64,000 nucleotides of DNA from Methylophaga sp. (GTDB lineage Bacteria; Pseudomonadota; Gammaproteobacteria; Nitrosococcales; Methylophagaceae): assembly GCA_002733715.2 (NCBI GenBank), contig NVWQ02000064.1, positions 1,587 to 65,586 on the forward strand, written 5' to 3'. The notes beneath the pieces are model-generated. The model searched no databases, was not told where the DNA came from, and saw nothing but the letters and a program-made list of their open reading frames with translations. Numbering within the stretch: the stretch's first letter is position 1; each line of letters begins with the position of its first letter. Positions 1 through 8,511 of the stretch are shown one piece after another. Made by a program: the position numbers and the translations under genes.

Positions 1-2233
1 CATCATTGATACCATCTCCTGCCATGGCAACGATTCGACCTTCTGCCTGTAGTTGTTTAACAACCTCTGCTTTTTGTTCTGGCAACACTTCAGCATGCAC
101 TTGGTCAATATCTAGTTGAGATGCCACCGCATCGGCTGTTTTTCGGCTATCACCGGTCAACATGACCACACGTATACCTTCGGCGTGAAGATCGCGTATT
201 GCCTCTGGCGTACTATCTTTAATAGGATCGGCAACGCCAATTAGACCGGCAGCAACACCATCAATAGCAAATAACATAACGGTTTGTCCTTCAGCACGTT
301 GTTTATCTGCTTGCTGAGGCAACTCTCCTACATTGATGTTAAGACTCTGTAGTAATTTGATATTACCCAAGGCAAGTTTATGGCCATCAACAATTCCTGT
401 TACGCCTTTGCCAGTGATTGACTGAAAATCATCTGTTTGAGCAAGTTTAATGCTTTTATCTTCAGCACCTTTTACAATAGCTTCTGCTAATGGATGTTCA
501 CTTGCTCTTTCCAAGCTTGCTGCTAAACGTAAATTTTCGTCTTCTTTAAAATCATCTGTCGCGGTGACAGAAACTAATTTAGGTTTTCCTTCGGTCAAAG
601 TGCCTGTTTTATCCACCACCAAGGTGTCGACTTTTTGTAAAACTTCTAATGCTTCAGCATTTTTTATCAAGACCCCCATCATGGCGCCCTTGCCTGTTCC
701 CACCATAATGGACATCGGTGTAGCCAAACCCAATGCACATGGGCAAGCGATAATTAATACGGCAACGGCATTTATCAAGGCATAAGCTAATGCGGGTTCA
801 GGCCCCCAAATACTCCAAACAATAAACGTTATGATTGCAATGACTATCACAGCAGGAACAAAATACCCAGCTACCACATCCACTAACTTTTGAATGGGTG
901 CACGAGAGCGTTGAGCATCAGCTACCATTTTGACAATTTGTGAAAGTAAGGTATCTGCACCCACTCTTTCAGCTTTCATTAATAGACTACCCGTGCCATT
1001 AACGGTCGCACCTATTAATTTCTCTCCATCTGATTTTGTAACAGGAATCGGCTCACCCGTCACCATAGACTCATCAACATTACTTTCGCCTTCAGTGACT
1101 ACACCATCAACTGGGATTTTTTCTCCTGGCCTAACACGTAAGATATCTCCGACCTGAACGTGTTCTAGTGGAATATCTTCTTCTGTTCCATCTTCCCGTA
1201 CAATTCGGGCTGTTTTCGGTGCTAGTCCCAATAATAATTTGATGGCAGCATTTGTTTGGCTTCTTGCTCGCAACTCCATCACCTGCCCAAGTAAAACAAG
1301 TGCTGTAATAACCGCAGCTGCTTCAAAATAAACGGGCACAACACCTGATTCATTGAATACGGCTTGAGGGAATATTCCCGGTGCAACAACAGCTATAAAG
1401 CTATAGATCCATGCTATACCTACACCAATAGCAATCAAAGTGAACATATTCAGATTGCGAGTAATAATGGATTGCCAACCACGCTGAAAGAATACCCAGC
1501 CCGCCCACCATACAACAGGGGCTGATAATACAAGTTCAGCCCATTGTCTTGTAACAGGAGAAATAATGGCATTAATCGTTTCAGGCCAAAATTCAGCAAT
1601 CATTGCACTAAAAAATACAGGGATCGCCAATATGGCACTGACCCACAATCGCCGTGTCATATCCTTCAGTTCACTGTTATCCTCATTAATTTCTACCGTT
1701 CGCGGTTCTAATGCCATGCCACATTTTGGACAACTACCAGGGTGATCCTGCACAATTTCTGGGTGCATCGGACAGGTATATTCTGTTTTTGTTGTAGCAA
1801 GTGGCACATCTCTTGGTTCTAAAGCCATACCACATTTAGGGCAAGGCTCATTAGGATTGATTGATTCAACTTCAGGATGCATAGGACAGGTATAAATCAC
1901 CTCGCCATCGGTTGACCCTTTTGCTACAGGTAAAATGACATTGTTTTGTTCCTGTCCACCGCAACAACTATGTGGCTCATCCTTTGGCTTTGCTTTATTA
2001 TTGTCATGTTCTCCACCACAGCACCCTCCCGCCTTTTCTTCCTCAACTGAAGCTGTTTTATTATGGCCGCATCCACAGCCACCCTTTTTCTTATCTGACA
2101 AATAATCCTGAGGTGAAGCAATAAATTTAGTTAAGCAAGATTCACTACAAAAATAATAGGTCTCACCCTCTAATTTAGTAATGTGTTTACTGTTTTCATC
2201 CACTTTCATACCGCATACTGGATCAACGTTCAT
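1..2233 (-). CDS. copA: Cu(I)-translocating P1B-type ATPase; the C-terminal end runs off the window start
   Basis: Absent from the ORF track because it is open at the window edge. My minus-strand translation from the ATG at 2233 gives [37 protein letters not shown] (YHS/TRASH). This is followed by a Cys/Gly-rich linker ([21 protein letters not shown]) and two YTCPMHPE...[10 protein letters not shown] modules. Further on are TM6 [15 protein letters not shown] (Cu-type CPC), DKTGTLT, and MAGDGIND at nt 25-2, in frame with 2233. An AAGGGG RBS precedes the ATG. Confidence 0.9.
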   Translation of the reverse strand, partial: MNVDPVCGMKVDENSKHITKLEGETYYFCSESCLTKFIASPQDYLSDKKKGGCGCGHNKTASVEEEKAGGCCGGEHDNNKAKPKDEPHSCCGGQEQNNVILPVAKGSTDGEVIYTCPMHPEVESINPNEPCPKCGMALEPRDVPLATTKTEYTCPMHPEIVQDHPGSCPKCGMALEPRTVEINEDNSELKDMTRRLWVSAILAIPVFFSAMIAEFWPETINAIISPVTRQWAELVLSAPVVWWAGWVFFQRGWQSIITRNLNMFTLIAIGVGIAWIYSFIAVVAPGIFPQAVFNESGVVPVYFEAAAVITALVLLGQVMELRARSQTNAAIKLLLGLAPKTARIVREDGTEEDIPLEHVQVGDILRVRPGEKIPVDGVVTEGESNVDESMVTGEPIPVTKSDGEKLIGATVNGTGSLLMKAERVGADTLLSQIVKMVADAQRSRAPIQKLVDVVAGYFVPAVIVIAIITFIVWSIWGPEPALAYALINAVAVLIIACPCALGLATPMSIMVGTGKGAMMGVLIKNAEALEVLQKVDTLVVDKTGTLTEGKPKLVSVTATDDFKEDENLRLAASLERASEHPLAEAIVKGAEDKSIKLAQTDDFQSITGKGVTGIVDGHKLALGNIKLLQSLNINVGELPQQADKQRAEGQTVMLFAIDGVAAGLIGVADPIKDSTPEAIRDLHAEGIRVVMLTGDSRKTADAVASQLDIDQVHAEVLPEQKAEVVKQLQAEGRIVAMAGDGIND

Positions 2234-2247
2234 TTTATTCCCCTTCA

Positions 2248-2649
2248 TCATATTGCTTCTATTAATTGGCAAATTGCATCACCATCCGGTGTACCATCCG
2301 GCATGGTTTGCCATTTATCTATTGCCTGCTCCATTCGATGTTGCAGGGTATTTAATTCGCTCAGTCTTTCTTGATTCTTTATAAGACGTTGTTCGATAAG
2401 ATCTCTCACTAGTGGGCAGGGTGACTCGTCTTTGTCACTATGATTTAAGATTATTTGAATATCATGCAATGTGAATCCCAATAATTTTGCACGGCGAATA
2501 AAGGCTGTTTTTTTCACTTCGTCGTGATCAAATAACTTATAGCCATTATCAGGATCACGAGAAGGTGTTAATAGCCCAATCCGCACATAATGACGAATCG
2601 CATCAGCGGTTATATTCACTTTTTTTGATAATTCACCCACTGTTAGCAT
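2248..2649 (-). CDS. MerR-family metal-responsive transcriptional regulator (CueR-like position, atypical metal loop)
   Basis: 133 aa with an N-terminal MerR HTH ([27 protein letters not shown]) and a long dimerisation helix. It has Cys78 and a single C-terminal Cys127 in a D/G/P-rich loop. Its stop lies 14 nt upstream of the copA ATG on the same strand. Confidence 0.8.
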   Translation of the reverse strand: MLTVGELSKKVNITADAIRHYVRIGLLTPSRDPDNGYKLFDHDEVKKTAFIRRAKLLGFTLHDIQIILNHSDKDESPCPLVRDLIEQRLIKNQERLSELNTLQHRMEQAIDKWQTMPDGTPDGDAICQLIEAI

Positions 2650-2685
2650 TTAGATTCTCCAACACCATTTTTCGGTTCAATTAAG

Positions 2686-2717
2686 AGTGTAAATCCTAGG
2701 TGCGACACACAGGTCAA
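2686..2717 (-). promoter_or_regulatory. Candidate MerR-type promoter with a 20-nt spacer upstream of merR-copA
   Basis: On the minus strand: TTGACC (2717-2712), a 20-nt spacer, then TACACT (2691-2686), about 37 nt upstream of the merR ATG. The spacer contains the imperfect dyad CCTGTGTG-TCG-CACCTAGG. An over-long spacer is the hallmark of MerR-family-controlled promoters. Confidence 0.4.
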
Positions 2718-2739
2718 CACATTTCTTGCTACTCCATCA

Positions 2740-3423
2740 TTAATGTGCGTGATTATGTCCATCTGATGGCGTAGTTTGAACAGGCAAATCCTCCATTTCA
2801 TCATGAGCATGGCTTCCATGCTCCTCGGCAGGCTGCATTGCTTCACCCATCGGCTTTTCTATCATTTCAGGGGCGGTCATTTCATGACTGTCATTATGTC
2901 CATCTGAATTACTATCTGCTGAGGGTTCAGAACCATGACTATGATTGTGGCCATCTGCGCCTGCTTCAACTTTAGGCAATGACATCACACCTAACCCATA
3001 GCGATACACTGCCTCAGCACCCAACCAACCTGTTACCATTAGCATAATTGCTGCAACTATAGAAACCGATATAAACTTAAAGCCAGGTAGTTTTTTGCCG
3101 ATAGCCAAACGTATGCTTGAAAAACCAATTAATAAAAATAAAACGGCTGTGGGTATTGCCCAATTTCTATGCAAGGTCATCGCGGCATGTGACGGTGTAT
3201 CATGCGCCACGGAGTTGTAGGCGAACCAGCCAGCTATCACGGTAGCTATTGCAAATAGACAGCCTGTCCATAAACTCCAATTCGCCATATTTAACCATTG
3301 TTCTCGCCAACGATGATTAATAGGCAATAATAGTCTAAGCACATAAAATACGACTGATATACTAAGTAGTGCTATGGTGAAATGCGCTAATATTGGATGA
3401 TAATTCGGGATGATTTCTGGCAT
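2740..3423 (-). CDS. DUF2231-type integral membrane protein with a His-rich C-terminal tail
   Basis: 227 aa. The N-terminus NYHPILAHFTIALL and four TM segments fit DUF2231. The soluble tail carries three DGHN(H/D)(S/A)H repeats plus Met, Glu and His residues. Confidence 0.65.
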   Translation of the reverse strand: MPEIIPNYHPILAHFTIALLSISVVFYVLRLLLPINHRWREQWLNMANWSLWTGCLFAIATVIAGWFAYNSVAHDTPSHAAMTLHRNWAIPTAVLFLLIGFSSIRLAIGKKLPGFKFISVSIVAAIMLMVTGWLGAEAVYRYGLGVMSLPKVEAGADGHNHSHGSEPSADSNSDGHNDSHEMTAPEMIEKPMGEAMQPAEEHGSHAHDEMEDLPVQTTPSDGHNHAH

Positions 3424-3453
3424 GATTATTATTCCTTTTTGGAAAGAGTTACA

Positions 3454-3987
3454 TTAATATTGACTAAACACTTGTGTATTGCCATTTTCATCAAATGTTA
3501 ATACGTCATACCCTTTGGGAAGGAGACCTTCAGCTTGCATACCTGGTGAGAACCGTGGCATTCCTGGTGCTGTAAGACCTACAATATTTTGGGGCTTCTC
3601 TGCTAGCAACCTTTTAATATCACTGGCAGGAACATGCCCCTCTATGAGATAGCCGTCAATTAGGGCGGTATGACAGGATGCCAAACCTGGTATTACACCG
3701 AGTGACGATTTAACACTATTCATATCTTCACGGTTATGTGCCTGTACAGTAAATCCTGCAGTTTCAAGATGCGTTACCCATTTATGACAACAGGTACAGG
3801 TAGCTGATTTATAGACCACAATCTCTGGTAAGATCTGCTCTGTTTCTATCGCCGAAAGTACAGCATCTGCATTGTTTTTGGATGCCTTACTCCATGTACT
3901 GAATCCAATCATGCCGACAATAACTATCAAGGCAAAAATCAATACTTGAATTCGTTTTGATAGTTTAAATTTTTCTGGTTTATTCAT
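3454..3987 (-). CDS. copG: CopG/DUF411 periplasmic copper-binding protein
   Basis: 177 aa with a signal anchor, the CTCCHKW motif, a conserved SCH, and a C-terminal GMPRFSPGM. These are the family signatures of DUF411/CopG. Confidence 0.8.
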   Translation of the reverse strand: MNKPEKFKLSKRIQVLIFALIVIVGMIGFSTWSKASKNNADAVLSAIETEQILPEIVVYKSATCTCCHKWVTHLETAGFTVQAHNREDMNSVKSSLGVIPGLASCHTALIDGYLIEGHVPASDIKRLLAEKPQNIVGLTAPGMPRFSPGMQAEGLLPKGYDVLTFDENGNTQVFSQY

Positions 3988-4024
3988 TTTTTATCCTTTG
4001 GTAACCCTATTTTTCTGTTTGCTA

Positions 4025-4504
4025 TTATTTTGGCGAAGGTCGATGATAATAATGTATGGGGGCAGCAAGGTTATCTAATTCATTTTCTTCACTGTCATGA
4101 ACCCAAGCTCGCCGCAAACGTTCCATCCAATCACTACCTAGCTTTATTCCAATCTCAGCCAATCGATTTTCTATTTGTTGTCTTGTTACTTGTAGCAGGT
4201 CATAACTGATAGAAATTTTGTCATCGTCAATACTCACATCGTTGATTCCCATCATCTCAGCCAAGCTTGCCTTTAGCAATTCATTTGAGTCTTTGTCTAA
4301 TGGTGCCGCCAAAGTCATAATTCTGCGTTTCAGAATATGTTTATATTGTTTTTCAGCCTTAACAGTATATAGACTGGGATGGGCAATAAAGGTATCCCGG
4401 CATTGCTGAGAGCAAAAGTGGAAATACATTTTATGGTACTCAAGTGATGAAATGCTTGCGTCAGGCTTCATGCTACAAACATGACATAATTCAGATATTG
4501 TCAT
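4025..4504 (-). CDS. TRASH-domain protein fused to an HMA-like (ferredoxin-fold) domain lacking CxxC
   Basis: 159 aa. C7-x2-C10-x20-C31-x3-C35 fits the TRASH pattern C-x2-C-x19-22-C-x3-C. Residues 63-125 look like a heavy-metal-associated fold, but the GMTCxxC loop reads AAPLDKDS. It is the first gene downstream of the box at 4582. Confidence 0.55.
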   Translation of the reverse strand: MTISELCHVCSMKPDASISSLEYHKMYFHFCSQQCRDTFIAHPSLYTVKAEKQYKHILKRRIMTLAAPLDKDSNELLKASLAEMMGINDVSIDDDKISISYDLLQVTRQQIENRLAEIGIKLGSDWMERLRRAWVHDSEENELDNLAAPIHYYHRPSPK

Positions 4505-4581
4505 TGAGCCATCTCCTCCTTTAACTTTCTATTTATAAGTCAAATATTAAAGCGTATTCCCTGTCTGTTTTGTGACCTTTT

Positions 4582-4599
4582 CATTACAATTTTGTAATG
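4582..4599. promoter_or_regulatory. CusR/CopR-like palindromic box (copy 1)
   Basis: CATTACAA-TT-TTGTAATG is a perfect inverted repeat lying 78 nt upstream of the 4504 start. It has the same architecture as the E. coli CusR box ATGACAA-NN-TTGTCAT. The conserved flank CTGTC-N6-GTGAC sits 5 nt away (4561-4576). Confidence 0.6.
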
Positions 4600-4628
4600 A
4601 AAGAATAAAGGAAAAGGAGGTAAAGAAT

Positions 4629-6971
4629 TTACAGGTTGCGGTATCTACTCATATCCAATAAACCATCCAACTTTAGGACATCTTTTCTGTAGTGATGTAA
4701 ATCATCTAATACTGTCCATATTGCTGGACTCGTTCTACGAGCGCCAAATTGTGAAGCGAGCTGCATAAGAGCATTTTCATCTTTTGTCTTCACCAGTTGT
4801 TCAATAAAATCATCAACTGAATTGTTAGATAATGTGAAGATAAAATTTGGATAACTCCCTACTGTTCCTCTGAGAAGCGTAGTTGTATCTTCATCTGGTA
4901 AGCGCCTCAAATCTTCTCCAAAAATAAAGGACACATTACTATGTGCTTTATTTCTCAATAAAGTAAAAACATTTTGCAATTCTTTATCTTGATTGTAGAT
5001 TACTATATAAACAACTTCAGGCATCAACTTGATCCATGATGATGATTTTGCCTGTTTTTCATTCAGTGCCTTAAAGAGATTGCTATTCTGCTGAGTGAGG
5101 GAATCTTTTTGCCTGTTTCGAATTTGTTCAATAAGCTCTTTAAAATAATTCTCTGATTGAAACTGGACTTTTGTCGGAATATTAAACATCAACTTTGAAT
5201 GAAGAAAAAAAACTTTGGTTTGTGCCAGTATCCCGTCGTACCATCTCTTTAACTGTTCCTCCCTTTCTTTTTTAGGTAAAAAAGCAAGCGTAAGAGACTC
5301 GCTCTCCATACGTAGATAATCCATATAAAGCCGTGTTAACACTTGATGTGAAACATTGCCAAACACATTGTAATTAACTACAAGATTGTAATAAATACGT
5401 TCTAATGTTGGATAATCTAGCACCCAAGACGTGGCTGGTTTATTTCCTACAAACCCTCTTACCACCGTAGCACTATCAAAATGTCTAAATACTGTGAGCT
5501 TATCATTTTCTAACTTGGGATCTTGCCAAATAGCATTCAGTGAAAAGCCTTCTTTTGTAAGCGCATTTGTAGCATAAATATTATCTCGATACTCAAGGTA
5601 CTCTTGATGCTCTGTAAGGCGATCCAACCAACTTGAAGCAAAGTCACTAATTTCAGGATTATTTTTTGACAACGCCAAATAATCTAACCCATTTTTTAAG
5701 TATGTCTTATCAATAATAGCTAAATCATAGTCGGGTGAAAGAAAATTAACGAAAAAGTAATCATTAATAACATTAAGTGCAACCTGGCCACGACAAACGG
5801 GTCCTTTTATAAAGTTTGTTATGAAATAATAAGCATCATCGAGTAAAAATTGGTAACGTGCACGAGCGGGTATATCTTGAAATGTTAAAAATGGATTGCT
5901 GGCATATCGTTCGGTGTATTCGGGTAAATGTTTTACAGTCCACTTCTCAGAAAAAAATAGCTGTTTAAATCGTTCCAATTTATTGGGTGAGAGCATATAT
6001 GTAAAGTGTGTTTTATCAACTAGTGTTGATGTTATAGGTACTAATCTATAATAAAACTCTACCCCTGGCTCACCATTGGGATGAGCTGTAGGAATTTCTA
6101 TCGCTCGTTCACCTGGAGCAGTAACTGAACGAATCATTCTAAAAAAATAAGACTTTTTTTGATCCTTTAAAGTCATATGCCCTAAAAAAAGGTGCTCATA
6201 TATATAGCGCGAAACTAGTTTTTGTTCATTAGTACGACGATTTAAGAACAACTCCCATTCAGCCATTTGTTTGTTTACATTAGTCGTTATATTATGTTGA
6301 ACATCAAAATTTGGGGCCCCAACCTCAATCCATTGCTCTAGTAAGTCTTGTTCCTCTTCAGGTATTATTGCCATACCATAGGGCATACCAAATTGTGGAT
6401 TTTTATTCAGGAATTGCGATACTTCATCATTCGAAGGACAACTCAATTCGCGCGTAATATCAAGTGGAAAATGATTGGCTAACGGTTTACCATCATCCTG
6501 TTTGAATATTTTTTTTTGCTCAAGTAATTTTGCAACGATACTTTCTCTAGCGGATGCTTCATCAGGTGTAATAACTGAATGAAATTCTAATAGCCGCCAT
6601 TGTTGTGCTGAATGAGCATCAATAAATAATCTTGTAAGTTCGCCATCATTTATTCTTGATGGATTATAAAGCGGATTTGAGTTAGCCCCACGCACCAGAC
6701 CTTCGTAAGAAGTTAGTTTAAGTTGACATGGGGCATCATAACAACCATGACAAATTACACATCTATTATTAATGATCTTTTTAACTTGTTGCTGTGATGC
6801 GTCACTAAACTCAGTCGCCAGAATAGAGTTTGAAAATATAGAAATAAGTGAAGACAAAATAAAAAAAGATAAATATCGCCACAGACAACAATTTTTTTTA
6901 ATAGTAATTTTTCTAGGTGAAGGTATCACTACTCTATTCTGCTGCATTTTTATTCCAGTAACAGGCCACAC
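4629..6971 (-). CDS. cti: Fatty acid cis/trans isomerase (periplasmic heme-c enzyme)
   Basis: 780 aa with an N-terminal signal/anchor and the heme-c motif CVICH within NNRCVICHGCYDAPCQLKLTSYEGL. Size and overall pattern match Pseudomonas/Vibrio Cti. The real start may be the internal Met (MQQNR, nt 6947). Confidence 0.85.
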   Translation of the reverse strand: MWPVTGIKMQQNRVVIPSPRKITIKKNCCLWRYLSFFILSSLISIFSNSILATEFSDASQQQVKKIINNRCVICHGCYDAPCQLKLTSYEGLVRGANSNPLYNPSRINDGELTRLFIDAHSAQQWRLLEFHSVITPDEASARESIVAKLLEQKKIFKQDDGKPLANHFPLDITRELSCPSNDEVSQFLNKNPQFGMPYGMAIIPEEEQDLLEQWIEVGAPNFDVQHNITTNVNKQMAEWELFLNRRTNEQKLVSRYIYEHLFLGHMTLKDQKKSYFFRMIRSVTAPGERAIEIPTAHPNGEPGVEFYYRLVPITSTLVDKTHFTYMLSPNKLERFKQLFFSEKWTVKHLPEYTERYASNPFLTFQDIPARARYQFLLDDAYYFITNFIKGPVCRGQVALNVINDYFFVNFLSPDYDLAIIDKTYLKNGLDYLALSKNNPEISDFASSWLDRLTEHQEYLEYRDNIYATNALTKEGFSLNAIWQDPKLENDKLTVFRHFDSATVVRGFVGNKPATSWVLDYPTLERIYYNLVVNYNVFGNVSHQVLTRLYMDYLRMESESLTLAFLPKKEREEQLKRWYDGILAQTKVFFLHSKLMFNIPTKVQFQSENYFKELIEQIRNRQKDSLTQQNSNLFKALNEKQAKSSSWIKLMPEVVYIVIYNQDKELQNVFTLLRNKAHSNVSFIFGEDLRRLPDEDTTTLLRGTVGSYPNFIFTLSNNSVDDFIEQLVKTKDENALMQLASQFGARRTSPAIWTVLDDLHHYRKDVLKLDGLLDMSRYRNL

Positions 6972-7102
6972 AAAAATATACGTTAACAGATATTGAGAAT
7001 AAGATGGAATCTATCTATTGTACTGACGTATTTTATGGTGGCTGTTGTTTGGAGCAAATTTTGATGCATTAATATTGATACTTATGAGCTTCCATTTATC
7101 TG

Positions 7103-7136
7103 TACCCATGACCATTCAATCTGCTGGTCATGGGTA
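7103..7136. other. Perfect 12-bp stem / 10-nt loop hairpin between the TRASH gene and cti
   Basis: TACCCATGACCA-ttcaatctgc-TGGTCATGGGTA. It lies 18 nt downstream of the 7154 stop. No U-tract follows it on the minus-strand transcript. Confidence 0.6.
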
Positions 7137-7153
7137 TTGTTATATTGCCTGTC

Positions 7154-7339
7154 TTAATGTCCACCGCCACAGCAAGAATGATTCGGTGGCGTATCCTCAT
7201 TAGTATATTTTTTAGGCTCTGCCATAAACAATTGATAACAAGTATTAGAACAAAAATAATACTGTTTACCTTCATATTCTGCTGATGCAGATGCCATATC
7301 AACTTCCACATTCATCTTGCATACTGGATCATTTGCCAT
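7154..7339 (-). CDS. Stand-alone YHS/TRASH-domain small metal-binding protein
   Basis: 61 aa. DPVCKMNV...GKQYYFCSNTCYQLF parallels the CopA N-terminus (DPVCGMKV...[15 protein letters not shown]). The C-terminus reads HSCCGGGH. The overlapping 7096..7311 ORF is rejected. Confidence 0.8.
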   Translation of the reverse strand: MANDPVCKMNVEVDMASASAEYEGKQYYFCSNTCYQLFMAEPKKYTNEDTPPNHSCCGGGH

Positions 7340-7406
7340 ATCTATATCTCCTCGGTAATTAATGACATCCTTATTTATTATTCCTATGGCTAAATAGTAG
7401 CAAAAT

Positions 7407-7430
7407 TTGATGTCGTTATAATGACATCAA
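7407..7430. promoter_or_regulatory. Perfect 8-bp-arm dyad TTGATGTC-N8-GACATCAA adjacent to box copy 2
   Basis: Read directly from the sequence. The spacer GTTATAAT contains a TATAAT on the plus strand. The dyad overlaps the TGTC...TGAC flank that is conserved next to the other boxes. Confidence 0.5.
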
Positions 7431-7431
7431 G

Positions 7432-7448
7432 CTTACAATGTTGTAATG
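7432..7448. promoter_or_regulatory. CusR/CopR-like palindromic box (copy 2)
   Basis: CTTACAA-TG-TTGTAATG lies 93 nt upstream of the TRASH gene start at 7339. Its left flank aligns with the copy at 10621. Confidence 0.5.
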
Positions 7449-7665
7449 GGAAAATACTCCACAACCATTTTCTGTTATTCAGATTACTTACTTTTTATCG
7501 GGTGCATTCTAAATTTGAGATAGTCACTATTCAGGGCTGCAAGATTAGTTTATGCTTTGAAAATATAAGATGTAAAGGGGATAAATATAATGCAAACAAA
7601 ACAGGTCTTTAATAGCTTCAAAAATTCGATTCATTACCACATTCATCAGCTATAAACAGCTTGAA

Positions 7666-8460
7666 ATGTCATTAATGTTAAACCTAATCGATAATGAAAA
7701 ACCTAATAACCCAACCATCGTCATGTTGCATGGCTTAGGAGGCACACATCGCTATTGGAATACAGGCCTAGAGAACTTATCAAAATACTATCACATTGTA
7801 CGCCCCGATTTATTAGGGTTTGGTGACTCCCCTCAGCCTTGGCAAATTTATACTCAAGAAAAGCATATCAAGGCAATTGAACAAGCACTAGCAAGCTATC
7901 CTTCATTTATCTTGGTTGGTCATTCTTTAGGCGCTATACTAGCTCTCAGATTTGCTCAGAAACATCCTGACAGAGTGAAAGCGCTTGTTTTAATTAGCCT
8001 ACCTCTGTTTGTCAACAAGCCAAATGCTTACTCATGGATGAGGCAAACCCCAAGTGGATGGCTTATGACAAATATGGCCGTTGCAGCCCTTACTTGTATG
8101 ACCACAAGACGGCTAGCAAAAAAAATACTCCCTCATTTTCTCGATTCATACCCACCAGAAGTGATTAACGACCTAGTCAAGCATAATATTATGTCTTCAA
8201 TTTCAACTTTGTGGAAGGTTATTTATAACCAAGCTTTTCTTCAAGATATTCATAGTCTTGAATTAGATATGTCCGTTTATTGTATTCATGCAAAAAATGA
8301 TTCAACCGCACCTTATCAAACGGTACACAACCTCACTACCACCTTACCTAAATGGACATTGTCCACACTTGACAATTCAGGTCACCATCCTTGGTTATGG
8401 GATAATGAGAAGTGTATAGCTGTGGTGAACAATGCCATCAAAACTGTTTATTCATCTTGA
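7666..8460 (+). CDS. Alpha/beta-fold hydrolase
   Basis: 264 aa with an HGLGG oxyanion region and the GHSLGA nucleophile elbow (GxSxG). Confidence 0.7.
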   Translation: MSLMLNLIDNEKPNNPTIVMLHGLGGTHRYWNTGLENLSKYYHIVRPDLLGFGDSPQPWQIYTQEKHIKAIEQALASYPSFILVGHSLGAILALRFAQKHPDRVKALVLISLPLFVNKPNAYSWMRQTPSGWLMTNMAVAALTCMTTRRLAKKILPHFLDSYPPEVINDLVKHNIMSSISTLWKVIYNQAFLQDIHSLELDMSVYCIHAKNDSTAPYQTVHNLTTTLPKWTLSTLDNSGHHPWLWDNEKCIAVVNNAIKTVYSS

Positions 8461-8511
8461 ATGATACAGATATTAAATAGTGCGGATATTTTATGAGAAA
8501 ACAGAACCTTA

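Noticed and set aside
450-1157. Plus-strand ORFs 450..785 and 930..1157
   Set aside because: They lie antisense inside the clearly coding copA frame (CPC, DKTGT and TGES-type motifs on the minus strand). Their composition is low-complexity and typical of shadow ORFs.
1924-2384. ORFs 1924..2121 (-), 2181..2384 (+) and 2183..2374 (+)
   Set aside because: They are out of frame or antisense to the copA N-terminus and merR and have no recognisable motifs.
7096-7311. 71-aa minus-strand ORF overlapping the TRASH gene
   Set aside because: The alternative frame 7154..7339 gives a textbook YHS/TRASH domain, whereas this frame gives nothing recognisable.
7421-7612. 63-aa plus-strand ORF in the TRASH/hydrolase intergenic region
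   Set aside because: It has no RBS and an odd composition, and it starts inside the regulatory dyad/box region.
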